Shown here one piece after another: positions 13,263-25,612 of a stretch of 42,550 bases of DNA (its first letter is position 1; each line of letters begins with the position of its first letter). The translations under genes and the position numbers were made by a program. A model generated the notes under the pieces. That model worked only from the letters and a program-made list of their open reading frames with translations, ran no database searches and was not told where the DNA came from. This stretch comes from Octopus bimaculoides. Taxonomy: Eukaryota. The stretch spans positions 48,438,619 through 48,481,168 of the forward strand of contig NC_068981.1 in assembly GCF_001194135.2 (NCBI RefSeq), read 5' to 3'.

Positions 13263-14207
13263 GAGCTATGCTTGCATGTGTAATAATTGTCAACTAATCT
13301 TACAGTGTTTATATATTTCAACTGTAGGCGCTAAATTATTTATAGGTTTCCTCTAAACAATTTAAGGTTAAATCGAACAATACTACCGCCAGAGGTTCTG
13401 TGGCACATAATTAAAGAGATTTATGTTTACTTGTATGTTGTATTATATATGACACGTATTATTTTCTTAGTGACCAGTCGTGTTGCATGTTGTACATTTT
13501 GTGTATTGGAGTTGCAGAATGTGTCTCTAACCTTACAATAAATTATTTTAAATTAGTAACTGTGTTATGACTAGAATTAATGAGAGTGGTTTGGAGTAGG
13601 CTGGTGATTCCTTTGATTTTCTTACCGAGTTAAGTGATATTTATTATGTTTGGTTTTAATCCATGATGGTCATTAATTTGCGTTGAAATATTTATTGTTT
13701 CTGCTTGTTATTATATTTTATAAGCTTTTAATACTAAACTAGCGCTTTTCGTGTTTTTTTTCCGTTTCTCTTTTGCATTTAAAACGTGTTTGGATGATAG
13801 TAATGTGTAAAAAATTGTGTTACATCGTTGCTAAATATTGCACAAAAATCATTTTAGTAAATTTTATGTTGAAGATCGACTATTGATTTCCATTCAGTAT
13901 ATGAAAAATTTTTAATGTTTAATACAAATTACCAAATTTATATTGTTGAACGGTAGTGATTTACATTCAGATATATATATATATATATATATAAACATTG
14001 TGTTTCGGCATCTCAACTTGCCTGTAACATTGGCTTTAGATCATAAGATCATAACAAAGCAGCAAGCACAAAACCCAGTAAACTTGCCTTCACTCTTTTA
14101 TTATTTCCTACTGATGATAGCGCTGTGTGCATATACATATCCCAGTTTGAAACTTTTCCCATTTCCAGAGAGAGAGCAAAGAGAATATAGACTACATAGG
14201 AAATATA

Positions 14208-14239
<32 letters not shown>

Positions 14240-14590
14240 NNNNNNNNNNNNNNNNNNNNNNNNNNNNNNNNNNNNNNNNNNNNNNNNNNNNNNNNNNNNN
14301 NNNNNNNNNNNNNNNNNNNNNNNNNNNNNNNNNNNNNNNNNNNNNNNNNNNNNNNNNNNNNNNNNNNNNNNNNNNNNNNNNNNNNNNNNNNNNNNNNNNN
14401 NNNNNNNNNNNNNNNNNNNNNNNNNNNNNNNNNNNNNNNNNNNNNNNNNNNNNNNNNNNNNNNNNNNNNNNNNNNNNNNNNNNNNNNNNNNNNNNNNNNN
14501 NNNNNNNNNNNNNNNNNNNNNNNNNNNNNNNNNNNNNNNNNNNNNNNNNNNNNNNNNNNNNNNNNNNNNNNNNNNNNNNNNNNNNNNNNN
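14240..14590. other. Assembly gap flanked by (TA)n
   Basis: Run of N with ATAT on both sides. Confidence 1.
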
Positions 14591-16487
14591 TATATATATA
14601 TACATATATATATGTTTCAGGATATACACATAGGTTTACGTTTGTCACATCCTTTCGACTGCATTCCAGTTTGGATTTATTTATTAAGGAGATGTATAAT
14701 GATGTTACTTGTCCTCATGTTCCATTCGGAATAATAGAAGTCCTAGAATGTAAGTTGGATTAAATGTACAGATACATTTGAAAGTTGTGTGCCAAATTCA
14801 TATCACATATTTATTCTTTTGATTTGTATACCCAAACGATGGATAAAATATGCAATGCGATATCCATATCATCCCCCATGCATATATCACACGTTTATAT
14901 TCAGCATTTGTTATTGACTATTGCAGGAATATTATAATTTCTTTCAATAATCATATATTGAGAATCTCTTTCAAGTTACCTTGCCTTGGAGCCTAGCATC
15001 ACTCCAGTAATAATTACCTTGGTACATTTTCAGAACATTAGCAAAGCTATGTACAGTCATTCTGTTATATTCTGTCTATATGTAGTAATGATGTAAGTAT
15101 TCAGTTATATATTTGGGTATTAATATTTAATTCGTTGCTCTTCATTTCTGCTAGCTGTTGGGAATATGCAGCAGATAATCTATTCCAACATTTATTACTT
15201 AATGTTGTTTATCACATCCGCCATGAAACCGGAGAGATATATATTGGTATTCAAATTCCCAACTGTCTTTGCAGGAAAAATTATGCGGAGACTTCACAGA
15301 AGTTTCTTAGTTATACTGATGAGTATCAAACATTATGTTTTTACCTCATTTATTATTTGGCTAATTAACATATCATAGTTTGTACATAGTCCATGAGTTG
15401 TGCAGGGAATGTTTGATTGAACAAGTTGCAAAACAAGATCTCTGAAGGTCGTATGTTCAGTGTATTATTGCGTGGCAGTAAAACATAGGCTTTGTCACAC
15501 AGTCGGAAAAAATGGCAGAATGCATGCATAATTTTAACTAAATACAGCCGCTGTTAGTGATACGATTATTATGCTTTAATAGATTTCCTTAACCCATATA
15601 CATTTAAATTTATTAAACAAACGTAAATGAATTGCACTTTGCAAGTAAGTAGATGATAGTTTTCAAGAGAATTAATTTCATTCTGTATTTTAGCTTGAGC
15701 TACCATTATGTTACACAACGACAAACAACGCCAATTCTCCTACGATGACAGTTTGTGTGATTCGGTATGGGAACGTTGTTACACAATTACTATTTTGCCA
15801 TGAGGTATTATATAAGAATAGATCGAAATAAATGGAAGTCGGATAAAGCGGAGCTATAATGCTTTTCGATTGGATACAAGACCGTATCATGTATTTAGCT
15901 GATAATAAGTCTGCATTATTTGACCATCAGGTAAAGCAGGATATTGTATAAATATGCTCTGGTGTATAACAAAGAAATTCTTAGTCTTTTGTAATGAGGC
16001 TTCACCGTGAATCGCAAACAGATGATTCAGACACTCATACAGCTTAGATAAACTACAATGAGGAAGTAGGCGAAGATGAATCCGAAAACGGTGCACATGA
16101 ACTACGACTTGCTCGGGTACTCCGATATTTGGCAGATGTGGAGACGGGTAAATCACCCAGCAACTTTACTGGTGGGACCGCCGCCATCTAAAGTTCATTA
16201 TTTGGGTCACATGAAGTCCAGTCTTTTACGATACACACCCATAATATTGATGCGCAGGAATGGGTACAATACTGTACAACTGAATTTTTTCAAAGAGAAC
16301 ACTACAGTCTGACGCAGAGATAGAGGAAATGCGTCCCTGAAAATGCAGATGGTGTGAAGTAGAAACTCTTTATGGAGGAAGTTTATTCTAACAAAATGTT
16401 TAATTAGCTCAATGCTTGTCAGTCATTAGGAAATTTAGAAACCGATTTTGCATTATATTTATTTCTATGCCCACTTATATGTGTGTG

Positions 16488-16822
<335 letters not shown>

Positions 16823-17076
16823 GTAGTTCTATATCAGGTTGAGCAATACGTCAGCAACGTTTTGAACCATGAAGTATTTGTACCGGATTTTTGCAGAGTC
16901 TTGAATCATTTAAAATATTATTTTGAAATTGTTGGATAATGCAGATAATGCCCAATTGCCTCAGTAAATTAACATTGATGTTTTTTCACCGCTGTTCCAA
17001 CCGTCCTTCTCGAGTTGAACGGTCGTGTTTTCCATTAAAAAGAACTGAGGCGAGACTGTGAATCCTTGACCCGTGG

Positions 17077-17260
17077 TATAAAAGTAAATCTTTTGGCAGA
17101 CGTGTGCATTCAGTGGTAAGTGCATTTAAATTGTAAGTTATTTTGTGAAGAACTGCAGAGGACTTGGTTGTGTCTGGCGTTGTGACTGTGTATAAATGCT
17201 TTCGGTAAGCAAGGACGACAAGCTTCAGGAGACATGCAGGTATGTTGAGACAGGTAACAG
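17077..17260 (+). promoter_or_regulatory. Candidate core promoter / first exon
   Basis: TATAAAAG at 17077-17084, CA at 17107-17108 and TCAGT at 17110-17114, then five donor-like motifs (17116, 17133, 17205, 17240, 17254). Confidence 0.3.
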
Positions 17261-19283
17261 TGATCAAACTGGGCTTGCATTGACATAAGTGTCGGGTATC
17301 TGGAAGCGAAGGTGTAGAAAGTATGGTCCGTGTTCCATAATTCGAATTGAAATCTAGCGTGCGCTGAGTCGAGAAAAACCCGAGTAGACAGAGAAGTGGG
17401 AAAGAAATCTCTGACCGTATCGATATTAAGTTACATGTATGTAGCTGGTATAGTCATGCATGCATATATATATGAACGCTGATCATATTGCACGATAAAC
17501 AATTTAGACTGTTGCTGCAAAAAAATGTTTTCCGAAAACCAAGCATGAAAACATCATACGATATGTGTGCATGAAAGATATGCTTTGCAAGTGACCCCTG
17601 ACAAAATACATCAAAAAGAAACATATGCACGCTGAAGTATTCTTCTTCGCGGAATAAAAGGGGCATTAAATTTGAACATAACTGTTTTGTATGATCTACA
17701 ACCGTGCTATCATGTCAGTAATTAAGTATCCGAAACAATCATTATCGTTAACGATACGAAACAAAGAGTGAAAAGAAGTGTGAACTAAGGAATAACAAAC
17801 GTGAATAGGAATGTCTGTTTCAAGAAATATGGTACTTAAATGCACGAAAAGAAGAAGGTATGTTAAGAAAGACTTCTTGAGAGTCTATAAGTGTCTATAC
17901 GTACAAGATTCATTGTAGAATCTTGGAAGAATACGAGATCTGTACTTCGGTAAACAAGAAAAAAACTGTGTAGCTGTCGAAAAGTGTTGCCGTTTGCCGC
18001 ATTCCATAGTTTCAGCTATATGGCTCTGCCTGGAAAGCTGTTACTTGCTGGAACTTGGGAGATGTAGGCTTGTATAAATGCAGTTTGGTCGATCTGGGAA
18101 GTAAGTAGCAGTCGGTTGCATTTTTTGTCGGTAGAAGCGTGTTATGGCTAGTGGGAAGTTAGGCAGCGGAATTTCGATTAAAGGAATACATTTTCTCATT
18201 TCCTAAGTATCCACGGATGTTGCTTTGTAGAGAATGGGTATTTAAAATTGAATGAGATATATATTCCTTCTTTCGAGTGAGGATTTAACTGATGAAAATT
18301 ATCAGAGTAAGTGGAAGTGCAATAGAAATATTTTACTGACATATGCAGTTCAAACATTCGTTATAACAGTTTATTTTCCATCTCCAGCAGTAGAAAACTC
18401 AACTGTCTATTCACAGAAAAACAATATTTAGTGGAGAAGGCTATCATTCTTAAACTCTGCTGTCAACAGATCGAAACGACTTCGGCAGCATTTGGTTCAG
18501 AAATTATGCAGTTCTTAAGTCGGGGGCAACAATGTGTAAAACTTTATATGTTGCTAATGGCGAAAAAAATCATTAGTTGAAACGTCACTTTATTTTCATC
18601 GTTATCATGTAACATAAGTCTGCTTCCAGTTGTTATTCTACTAAGGACATTCGGCATTCTAAATGTCTACCGCTTTGTATTGACAAGTGGAGTGGGTGAC
18701 ACTTGTGTAGTCCATAAGTGATGGGAGAGAATATGTGTTTTTCGGCAAGTTACCAATCTTTAAATAGAACCGACATTGGGTTCTGTATCTATATTTTTGT
18801 TGACTAAATTCGGTCAGACAACACAAAAGACATTTTGTCTCCTATCTGCTTAAGTTTCGTTCGAAACGTTACAGGTAAACAAATACCGCTTATATATTTC
18901 TTAATGCAAAATCCGATAAATATAAGAAAATAATTTGTAAAATAAAGTGCAGTTTAGGCTGAGAATCTACGAAGATATTTTTTTTAATAGATGATCATCC
19001 GTAGTTATTGTTAAACACATATCCTCACCATTGATAGCAAACACGATATATTTTCGCGTTATGATGATTCGTATAAGTGTGTATGTGTGTGTATGTCAGT
19101 TTGTGTGTGTAAGTGTGTTTGTCTCTGTGTGTGTAAGTGTGTGTGCGAGAGAGAGTTTGTGAATCTTTGTCTATGTCTGTGCGTATAGTATTTGTTTGTG
19201 TACCAATAACGTGTGAAATGCAGTAGACATTACATATACATACACACATATACATAGATACCATATATATATATATATATATA

Positions 19284-20012
19284 NNNNNNNNNNNNNNNNN
19301 NNNNNNNNNNNNNNNNNNNNNNNNNNNNNNNNNNNNNNNNNNNNNNNNNNNNNNNNNNNNNNNNNNNNNNNNNNNNNNNNNNNNNNNNNNNNNNNNNNNN
19401 NNNNNNNNNNNNNNNNNNNNNNNNNNNNNNNNNNNNNNNNNNNNNNNNNNNNNNNNNNNNNNNNNNNNNNNNNNNNNNNNNNNNNNNNNNNNNNNNNNNN
19501 NNNNNNNNNNNNNNNNNNNNNNNNNNNNNNNNNNNNNNNNNNNNNNNNNNNNNNNNNNNNNNNNNNNNNNNNNNNNNNNNNNNNNNNNNNNNNNNNNNNN
19601 NNNNNNNNNNNNNNNNNNNNNNNNNNNNNNNNNNNNNNNNNNNNNNNNNNNNNNNNNNNNNNNNNNNNNNNNNNNNNNNNNNNNNNNNNNNNNNNNNNNN
19701 NNNNNNNNNNNNNNNNNNNNNNNNNNNNNNNNNNNNNNNNNNNNNNNNNNNNNNNNNNNNNNNNNNNNNNNNNNNNNNNNNNNNNNNNNNNNNNNNNNNN
19801 NNNNNNNNNNNNNNNNNNNNNNNNNNNNNNNNNNNNNNNNNNNNNNNNNNNNNNNNNNNNNNNNNNNNNNNNNNNNNNNNNNNNNNNNNNNNNNNNNNNN
19901 NNNNNNNNNNNNNNNNNNNNNNNNNNNNNNNNNNNNNNNNNNNNNNNNNNNNNNNNNNNNNNNNNNNNNNNNNNNNNNNNNNNNNNNNNNNNNNNNNNNN
20001 NNNNNNNNNNNN
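19284..20012. other. Assembly gap flanked by (TA)n
   Basis: Run of N. Confidence 1.
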
Positions 20013-21254
20013 ATATATATACATACATATATAGAAACAAACGTACGCTGTACGCACATACATACCGAAAATCCAAATCCATATATGATTACATTCTAAA
20101 GGTCCATGAATATAATGCTGTGTTTTCTTCTGTGCTTTCACTTTTGTATCTATTCCTGTATTTGTGGAGAAAAAGATAGTGAACGCTCAAAAGAAATACA
20201 CAGACGTAGGGAATACTTACGATTGCAAATGTGAATATAGTGTGTTTACGACTAGAAGATAATAGAAATATGCGTGAAAATAATCGAATTGTTAAGCAAA
20301 TGAGAGAAATCCTAGTCTGGAGAGTGTAATATTTAAATCGTAAATAATTTTGTGAAGTATTAATTCTTGCATGCTGTTCGAAGCAAGGTAAGGTGGAGCA
20401 GAAGTAAGAACTATCTAGACAAGACATGCCAATGCAAAGAAGCAGAGGGATGAAGGGAATGGAATGACAGACGGCTTGAAAATTGATCATATGTATGAGG
20501 GAATTGCGTTGAGAACAAAACACTGAACTGAGTGCGTAAATCTTTAAATGTTCTTCCTGATATATGATAGAATGTGATATAATAAGTCATCATCTATATT
20601 TATATATAGTATACGTTACACTTCTTGTATAGTTTTGCAGAAAGCTACTTCAAGTCACATGGCATGATAGATTAACTGGACAACCATATATATAACGTTT
20701 CGTACACGTAGACACGCTTCTTCGGAAGAGGTTAAGCTTAATCAAGAAATTCGAACGAGAAGAGATGTTTGACGTATCGCTGGATTCACAGCTCAGTGCT
20801 GACACATGTAATCGAGTAAGGCATTTTATAAAGGTATTTATATATTGTATATATATGCACGAAATTTATACCGAGATAAGCGATTGGTCAAAGCCCACGA
20901 CTAAGACGTTCATTAAGACGTTCAAAGACAAACCTATATCCATCTGTTGTTCTCAAAAAGAAAACTGTCGCTACAACACTCATGAAATTCGACTTGGGAG
21001 TTGTATCCTTGGCCCTAGACCCAAACAATTACAAGCCCCACTATACACTAAATAATAAACTTACGCACATACACAAATCGTCTTTCCACCCAGTAGCTTT
21101 TTAAAAACATACTTAACGTTATTGACAGGATTCCTAATGCATTTCCGCTGAAGAGATTTTATGGTATGGTGCCCTTCATGCTATAATAGCGTCCTGGATA
21201 GAAAGGGATGATATACACTTCGTCCAAAGATAAATAGAGCCTACAAATACAGTC

Positions 21255-21830
21255 ATGGAAGTAACACTGTTCTCTCCCTCCTGATTTGTCCATGAATGTT
21301 AGAAGCAATATACGTAAAACGATTCCTACACTTGATAAAACAACAGACCCTATATAAAGAAACCTTCCTAAATTATCCGGTCAAATTCAGACAGCTGCGG
21401 CACAAAATAAGCATACTCAAGATTGCAATTGCGGGAACCTAGATACTTGCTCTCTAGATTAGATAATCATGATTAACGAAGCCTAAGTCACCTTCCTTCT
21501 GCTAAATAAGGGAAACAAAACAAAAAGTGTTTTCGACTATGCGAAATTGACTTCAGAAATAATTAGGCGACTCCTCATTTTTTTTCAAACACGTGGACAA
21601 AAGCAGGATCTAGCAAGTAATATCTTGAACATAAAGGAGATCAGTATACCACACACCATCAAGTGGAGAAACGTTGAGAGATCCAGGCGGTTCATTAACG
21701 GATCAAAAGGATAAATATACAGGTTATGAGTAGTTGATTAACCGAGCGTGATTATTACATAAAGCTCTGCCGCAATCTTCAAAATTGGAGGTCAAAAGCT
21801 TTACAAGATAAATGCTCCTCGACCAGTTTC
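21255..21830 (+). mobile_element. Decayed Penelope-like element (Naiad-type) linker plus GIY-YIG, not visible in the ORF track
   Basis: Across frames: EVTLFSP, MNVRSNIRK/RFLHLIK (xNVxTNIGKxFLxLI motif), CNCGNLDTCSLD at 21424-21459 (CxC..CPL Zn linker), LCEIDF, and LASNILNIKEISIPHTIKWRNVERSRRFINGSK. Confidence 0.75.
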
Positions 21831-22898
21831 TCTTATCGAGCTGGAACACATGACCTAACTGGATTACACACGGTTTAAAACACTTTAGTCGTCTCTCAGC
21901 TTACTCGCCCTGAGAGATATAGTTTGTTGAAAACAATAAATTCTCCGCGTTAAATATATTTTCCGTATAGCGAATTAAAGAGAAGAAACATAGGTTAAAC
22001 GAAGCAAATTAACTACATTTTCCTTAAAATACTTGTTAACACAATTTTATTGCTTGGTTTCCTCTTATGCTTGTCATTTCTTCTGGCATATCCTCTCATT
22101 GTAATCATGTTATTCCACCCTCATCGAATCCGAGATCTCGTACGACACACAATATTATCCTAAGCGATTAATGAAAATAGATAAATGCCTGACATGATTT
22201 AGAAAAAATATATAAAGCAAACACTTGGGGCCCTGCAGTGAAGAGTTATTTTCCAGTGACCTGTATTCATATCATAATACTGGTAAACACATAGCTTTAA
22301 ACATTGAGATTCAAGGCAAGCCATCGGGGTTACTCCAAGAAAATTGACCCATTGCAACAGATGATCTACTGAAAGTGGCTTAAAGACAGGAGATTCTACT
22401 CTCTAGAGCGAAAATGCGAAAGACATACAATGATTTATATATGTCAAATCGAAAGGCGACTTGTGCATAACTTCCTGTCTCAAAGTTATTTCAAATTCCG
22501 AAATGAAACCCGCTACATTGCACAAAAGCGCAATTATCTCAGCAGGTTGCAACTATGCAAGAGTAGAATGGTTTCATACTCTGAAATCTACAATCTATGA
22601 CTACCTTGCAAATGACCTTTAAGTACTCAAACATATGTTCACGTATTAAACAGAAATTGAAATATGTTCAAATGAGATCACAGCTAAAACACAGCTTGAA
22701 AAGATAAAGAAGAAAGGAAGCCAGCATTGTCCAAACACTTCATTTAGTCATTCAATAAATTTGGGCACTGAAAACGAACTGAAATATAACTAATAACATT
22801 ACCAGTGGCAATGTACAAGAATGGCCAAAGTATGGAACAGAAACAACATTAAAATTAAGCGAAAACTACAACATAACGAATATATGTATGTATGTATG

Positions 22899-23085
22899 TG
22901 TTGTGTCGACGACCCCAGGCGAAGAGGTAGGATATCCCAAGACGTATAAATAGTGGTAGTCTAGCCGTGGTAGGAGTGTTGAGTAACTGTCGAGTAGTTG
23001 TTGAGTAGCAGTCGAGTAGCAGTTGTGTAGCGGTTGAGTAGAGGTCATCCGAAGGTGCTAGATAGCAGTAGCTTGAGACATAACA
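22899..23085. mobile_element. 187-bp solo-LTR-like element (TG..CA) inserted in (TATG)n
   Basis: Ends TGTTGTGTC and GACATAACA are 9-bp inverted termini with 1 mismatch. GTATG flanks both sides. TATAAATA is internal, followed by six 11-bp repeats. Confidence 0.65.
22979..23044. repeat. Six 11-bp tandem units (TYGAGTAGCAG-like)
   Basis: TTGAGTAACTG TCGAGTAGTTG TTGAGTAGCAG TCGAGTAGCAG TTGTGTAGCGG TTGAGTAGAGG. Confidence 0.9.
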
Positions 23086-23649
23086 GTATGTATGTATGTA
23101 TGAATACATGTATGTGTGTACGTATATATGTATGAGCGTAACGTATCTATATGTATTCAGAGTGTATACTTATACACACACACGAGTGTACATATAAGTA
23201 TAATTGGGTGCACCCAGATGCCAAAATGTGTGTTGTTCATGTTCCGATACTTATTATTAATCATACTATTCACATCTTTTTGATCGTTCGTCTTTCTTCA
23301 AATAAAATAGGTACTTACGATGTATGTCGCAATATTGCGGTTAATGACTGACTCCCATAAGTTCTATATCATTTTACATTTGTAGTTAAACACGGTCTTC
23401 ATCACACATCACGTCCACCCGTGCCACAGACCTCTACGACATGAGGATTTAAATATGACAGGTACTTCATTGTAGCTCCTACTTCTCGTATGGCTGTTGT
23501 AGGTCCCAGGCTTGGTTATGCTTAATGCATTTACGAGGTTCATCTGCGTATATATTTATCATGCGACATATTACTAGCGAATACAGGAACATACGTAACA
23601 GATGAATTAAAGAAATACCATATAAAAAACAATAATACTTTATCTCATA

Positions 23650-23750
23650 ACACAAGCACACACACACACGCACATATATATACATATACGTACTAAAACA
23701 TACACTCACACATACACGCACACATACACGCACACAAAAACTCACACCTA
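23650..23750. repeat. Degenerate (CA)/(TA) microsatellite
   Basis: Seen directly. Confidence 0.8.
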
Positions 23751-23999
23751 CTCATGTGTAAATGAAAACATATTTCATACGATTGAGAGTGAGTACATGT
23801 ATAAAGGCATAACTTTGATTAATATTGGAAGCAGTTCCGGGTGCGGAGGTTAATTCGATTCTGCTGATCCGTATGCTATGAATAATTGATTCTTTTATAT
23901 AGGGACAGGAAAAAGAATCATAGAATAAAGAACGGAATTAATATTAACAATCAAGCAAAATTGAAATATCTAATACATACACAAGGCACATATGCATTG

Positions 24000-24923
24000 C
24001 AAAGTTTCTAGCCATTTTGCATGAGCAGTGTAAAGGAGATGAAAGAGGCAGTGATATACGAAGTGTGAATGTAGGAAGAAGGCAAAATGTACATTTGGTG
24101 CATTTCAGTCAACAGAGAGAGTGTTTGAGATGGGAGGAATATGTGGTCAGTCGCAGGATCTCATGGAAGGAAATTTGGGCTTGGAAACAAGCAATAACAT
24201 CCGTCGACGTGTTACATTCACCGGCCAATTTAGTCCGGTGGAACATACACACAACAGATGAATGGAGATGCAGTGAGAAAGTGAGGCTAAGACATGTTCT
24301 GTCAAACTGCAAGCTAGCATTAGACAGGTATACATGGCCCCTCAATCAGGTCCATGGTATCATAAGCGCAGCACTCCAGGAGACGATCGAGGGATATAAT
24401 AGGGGAGAGTACCCATATGTGGAAAAGCGTGGAAAAATATACTTCCACACGGAGGGAAAAGGACAAAAGTACCGGACTTCAAATAAAGTACACAAGACAG
24501 ACAAAGGATGGAATGGATACTGCGACGTGGCCGCGTATTTGGAAAGACTGTTAATATTTCCGATAATTAAAAACAACAATAAGACCGGACTTAATCCTAT
24601 GGAACACAGAAAGGAAAATTGGAATTCTGCTAGAGATGACAGTGCCATGGGAAGTGAACATCGCTAATGCAGATCAACGGAAGGAGAAGTGGTATAAGAG
24701 AGTAATCGATGAGTGCGGAGAACAGGGACGGACTGTCAAGTATTACCACCTTGCAGTGGGGGATAGATGCTTCATTGAAAGGAAAATGGCGATGTTATTT
24801 AAAAGAAGGTTTGCATTTCCGAGCTTAGAGCTGAGAAATGTACTAAGGAGGATACAGGAGGCAGTCTACAAAGCCAGCTTGAAAGCCATAAAATGTGGAC
24901 AGGGAAATAGCGTCGCTAGCTGA
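24000..24923 (+). mobile_element. 5'-truncated HERO-like non-LTR retrotransposon (post-RT region, CCHC knuckle, restriction-like endonuclease)
   Basis: SQQ..RWE..ISWKEIW, DVLHSPANLVRW, C..LRHVLSNCKLALDRYTW..NQV; after a frameshift near 24571, IRPDLILW..ILLEMTVPWE..RKEKWY..LAVGDRCF. These fit the HERO/RLE-clade motifs. At least two frameshifts. Confidence 0.85.
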
Positions 24924-25099
24924 GGCCGACTGACACTTAAGCATCATCACTGATTGACAGGTGGTCCAAGGTAGTGGTCTCGTTGCCAGCACGCCCTCCT
25001 CCTGGTTCGGAGGCTCGTACCACCAAACAGTTGGTCCGGTCTGGATGCTGTAACTGAATCTAAAACGACACTGTTGGAATGCATGTTGAGAGAGGGAAC

Positions 25100-25440
25100 G
25101 GGCTAAAACTACGCGCCACTTCTCTCCATTGGTCAGTTAATGCTTAGACGGTGTCACGTAACGATTAGCCGGTGCCTACTGGCGAATATTTAAGCGGAAA
25201 TTTGACAGGATGGCCAATCGCCTGCTGACACTGCATTGATGAAAACAAAGAACAAAAGCGAAAAGAAGAAAGAGGAAACGAACAAAACACCATAGCTGAA
25301 GACACCTCCGAAATAAGGGGGTCGCCACGTCGAAAACGTTAGAGGACTAGGAGCCGAAACCGGACGTGTCTCCTCCTGATGATGTATTTAGCCACTGGCT
25401 CTTGTAAAGGAGCTGTTGAGATATCTAATCACGAAACTTC
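25100..25440 (+). other. Putative Penelope pseudo-LTR segment: CCAAT/TATA-like motifs followed by hammerhead-like cores
   Basis: CCATTGG, TATTTAAG and CCAATC motifs, then CTGAAGA (25296), GAAAACGTTA (25332), CTGATGA (25376) and CGAAAC (25432). The PLE RT fragment lies downstream on the same strand. Confidence 0.4.
25330..25440 (+). ncRNA. Candidate degenerate hammerhead ribozyme
   Basis: GAGGA (25342-46) pairs with TCCTC (25371-75) immediately before CTGATGA. Stem II arm contains the GTAA-capped hairpin GCTCTT/AGGAGC and closes at GAAAC (25433-37). Stem III is imperfect. Confidence 0.35.
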
Positions 25441-25479
25441 CTAAATGCATGTACGTATATATGTGAATTATACATACAT

Positions 25480-25549
25480 ACATGCATACATATATACACG
25501 CACACACACACGCACACACGCACACACGCACACACACACACACACATAG

Positions 25550-25605
<56 letters not shown>

Positions 25606-25612
25606 GCATATG
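25480..25612. repeat. (CA)n/(CACG)/(TA)n compound microsatellite
   Basis: Seen directly. Confidence 0.95.

Noticed and set aside
17930-18120. Minus-strand WD40-like words (LLLTSQIDQTA, KLWNAANG)
   Set aside because: They are separated by a stop, lack GH/WD spacing, and have no exon boundaries.
22979-23044. CRISPR-like or telomeric array
   Set aside because: The units are directly tandem with no spacers, are not TTAGGG-like, and the context is eukaryotic.
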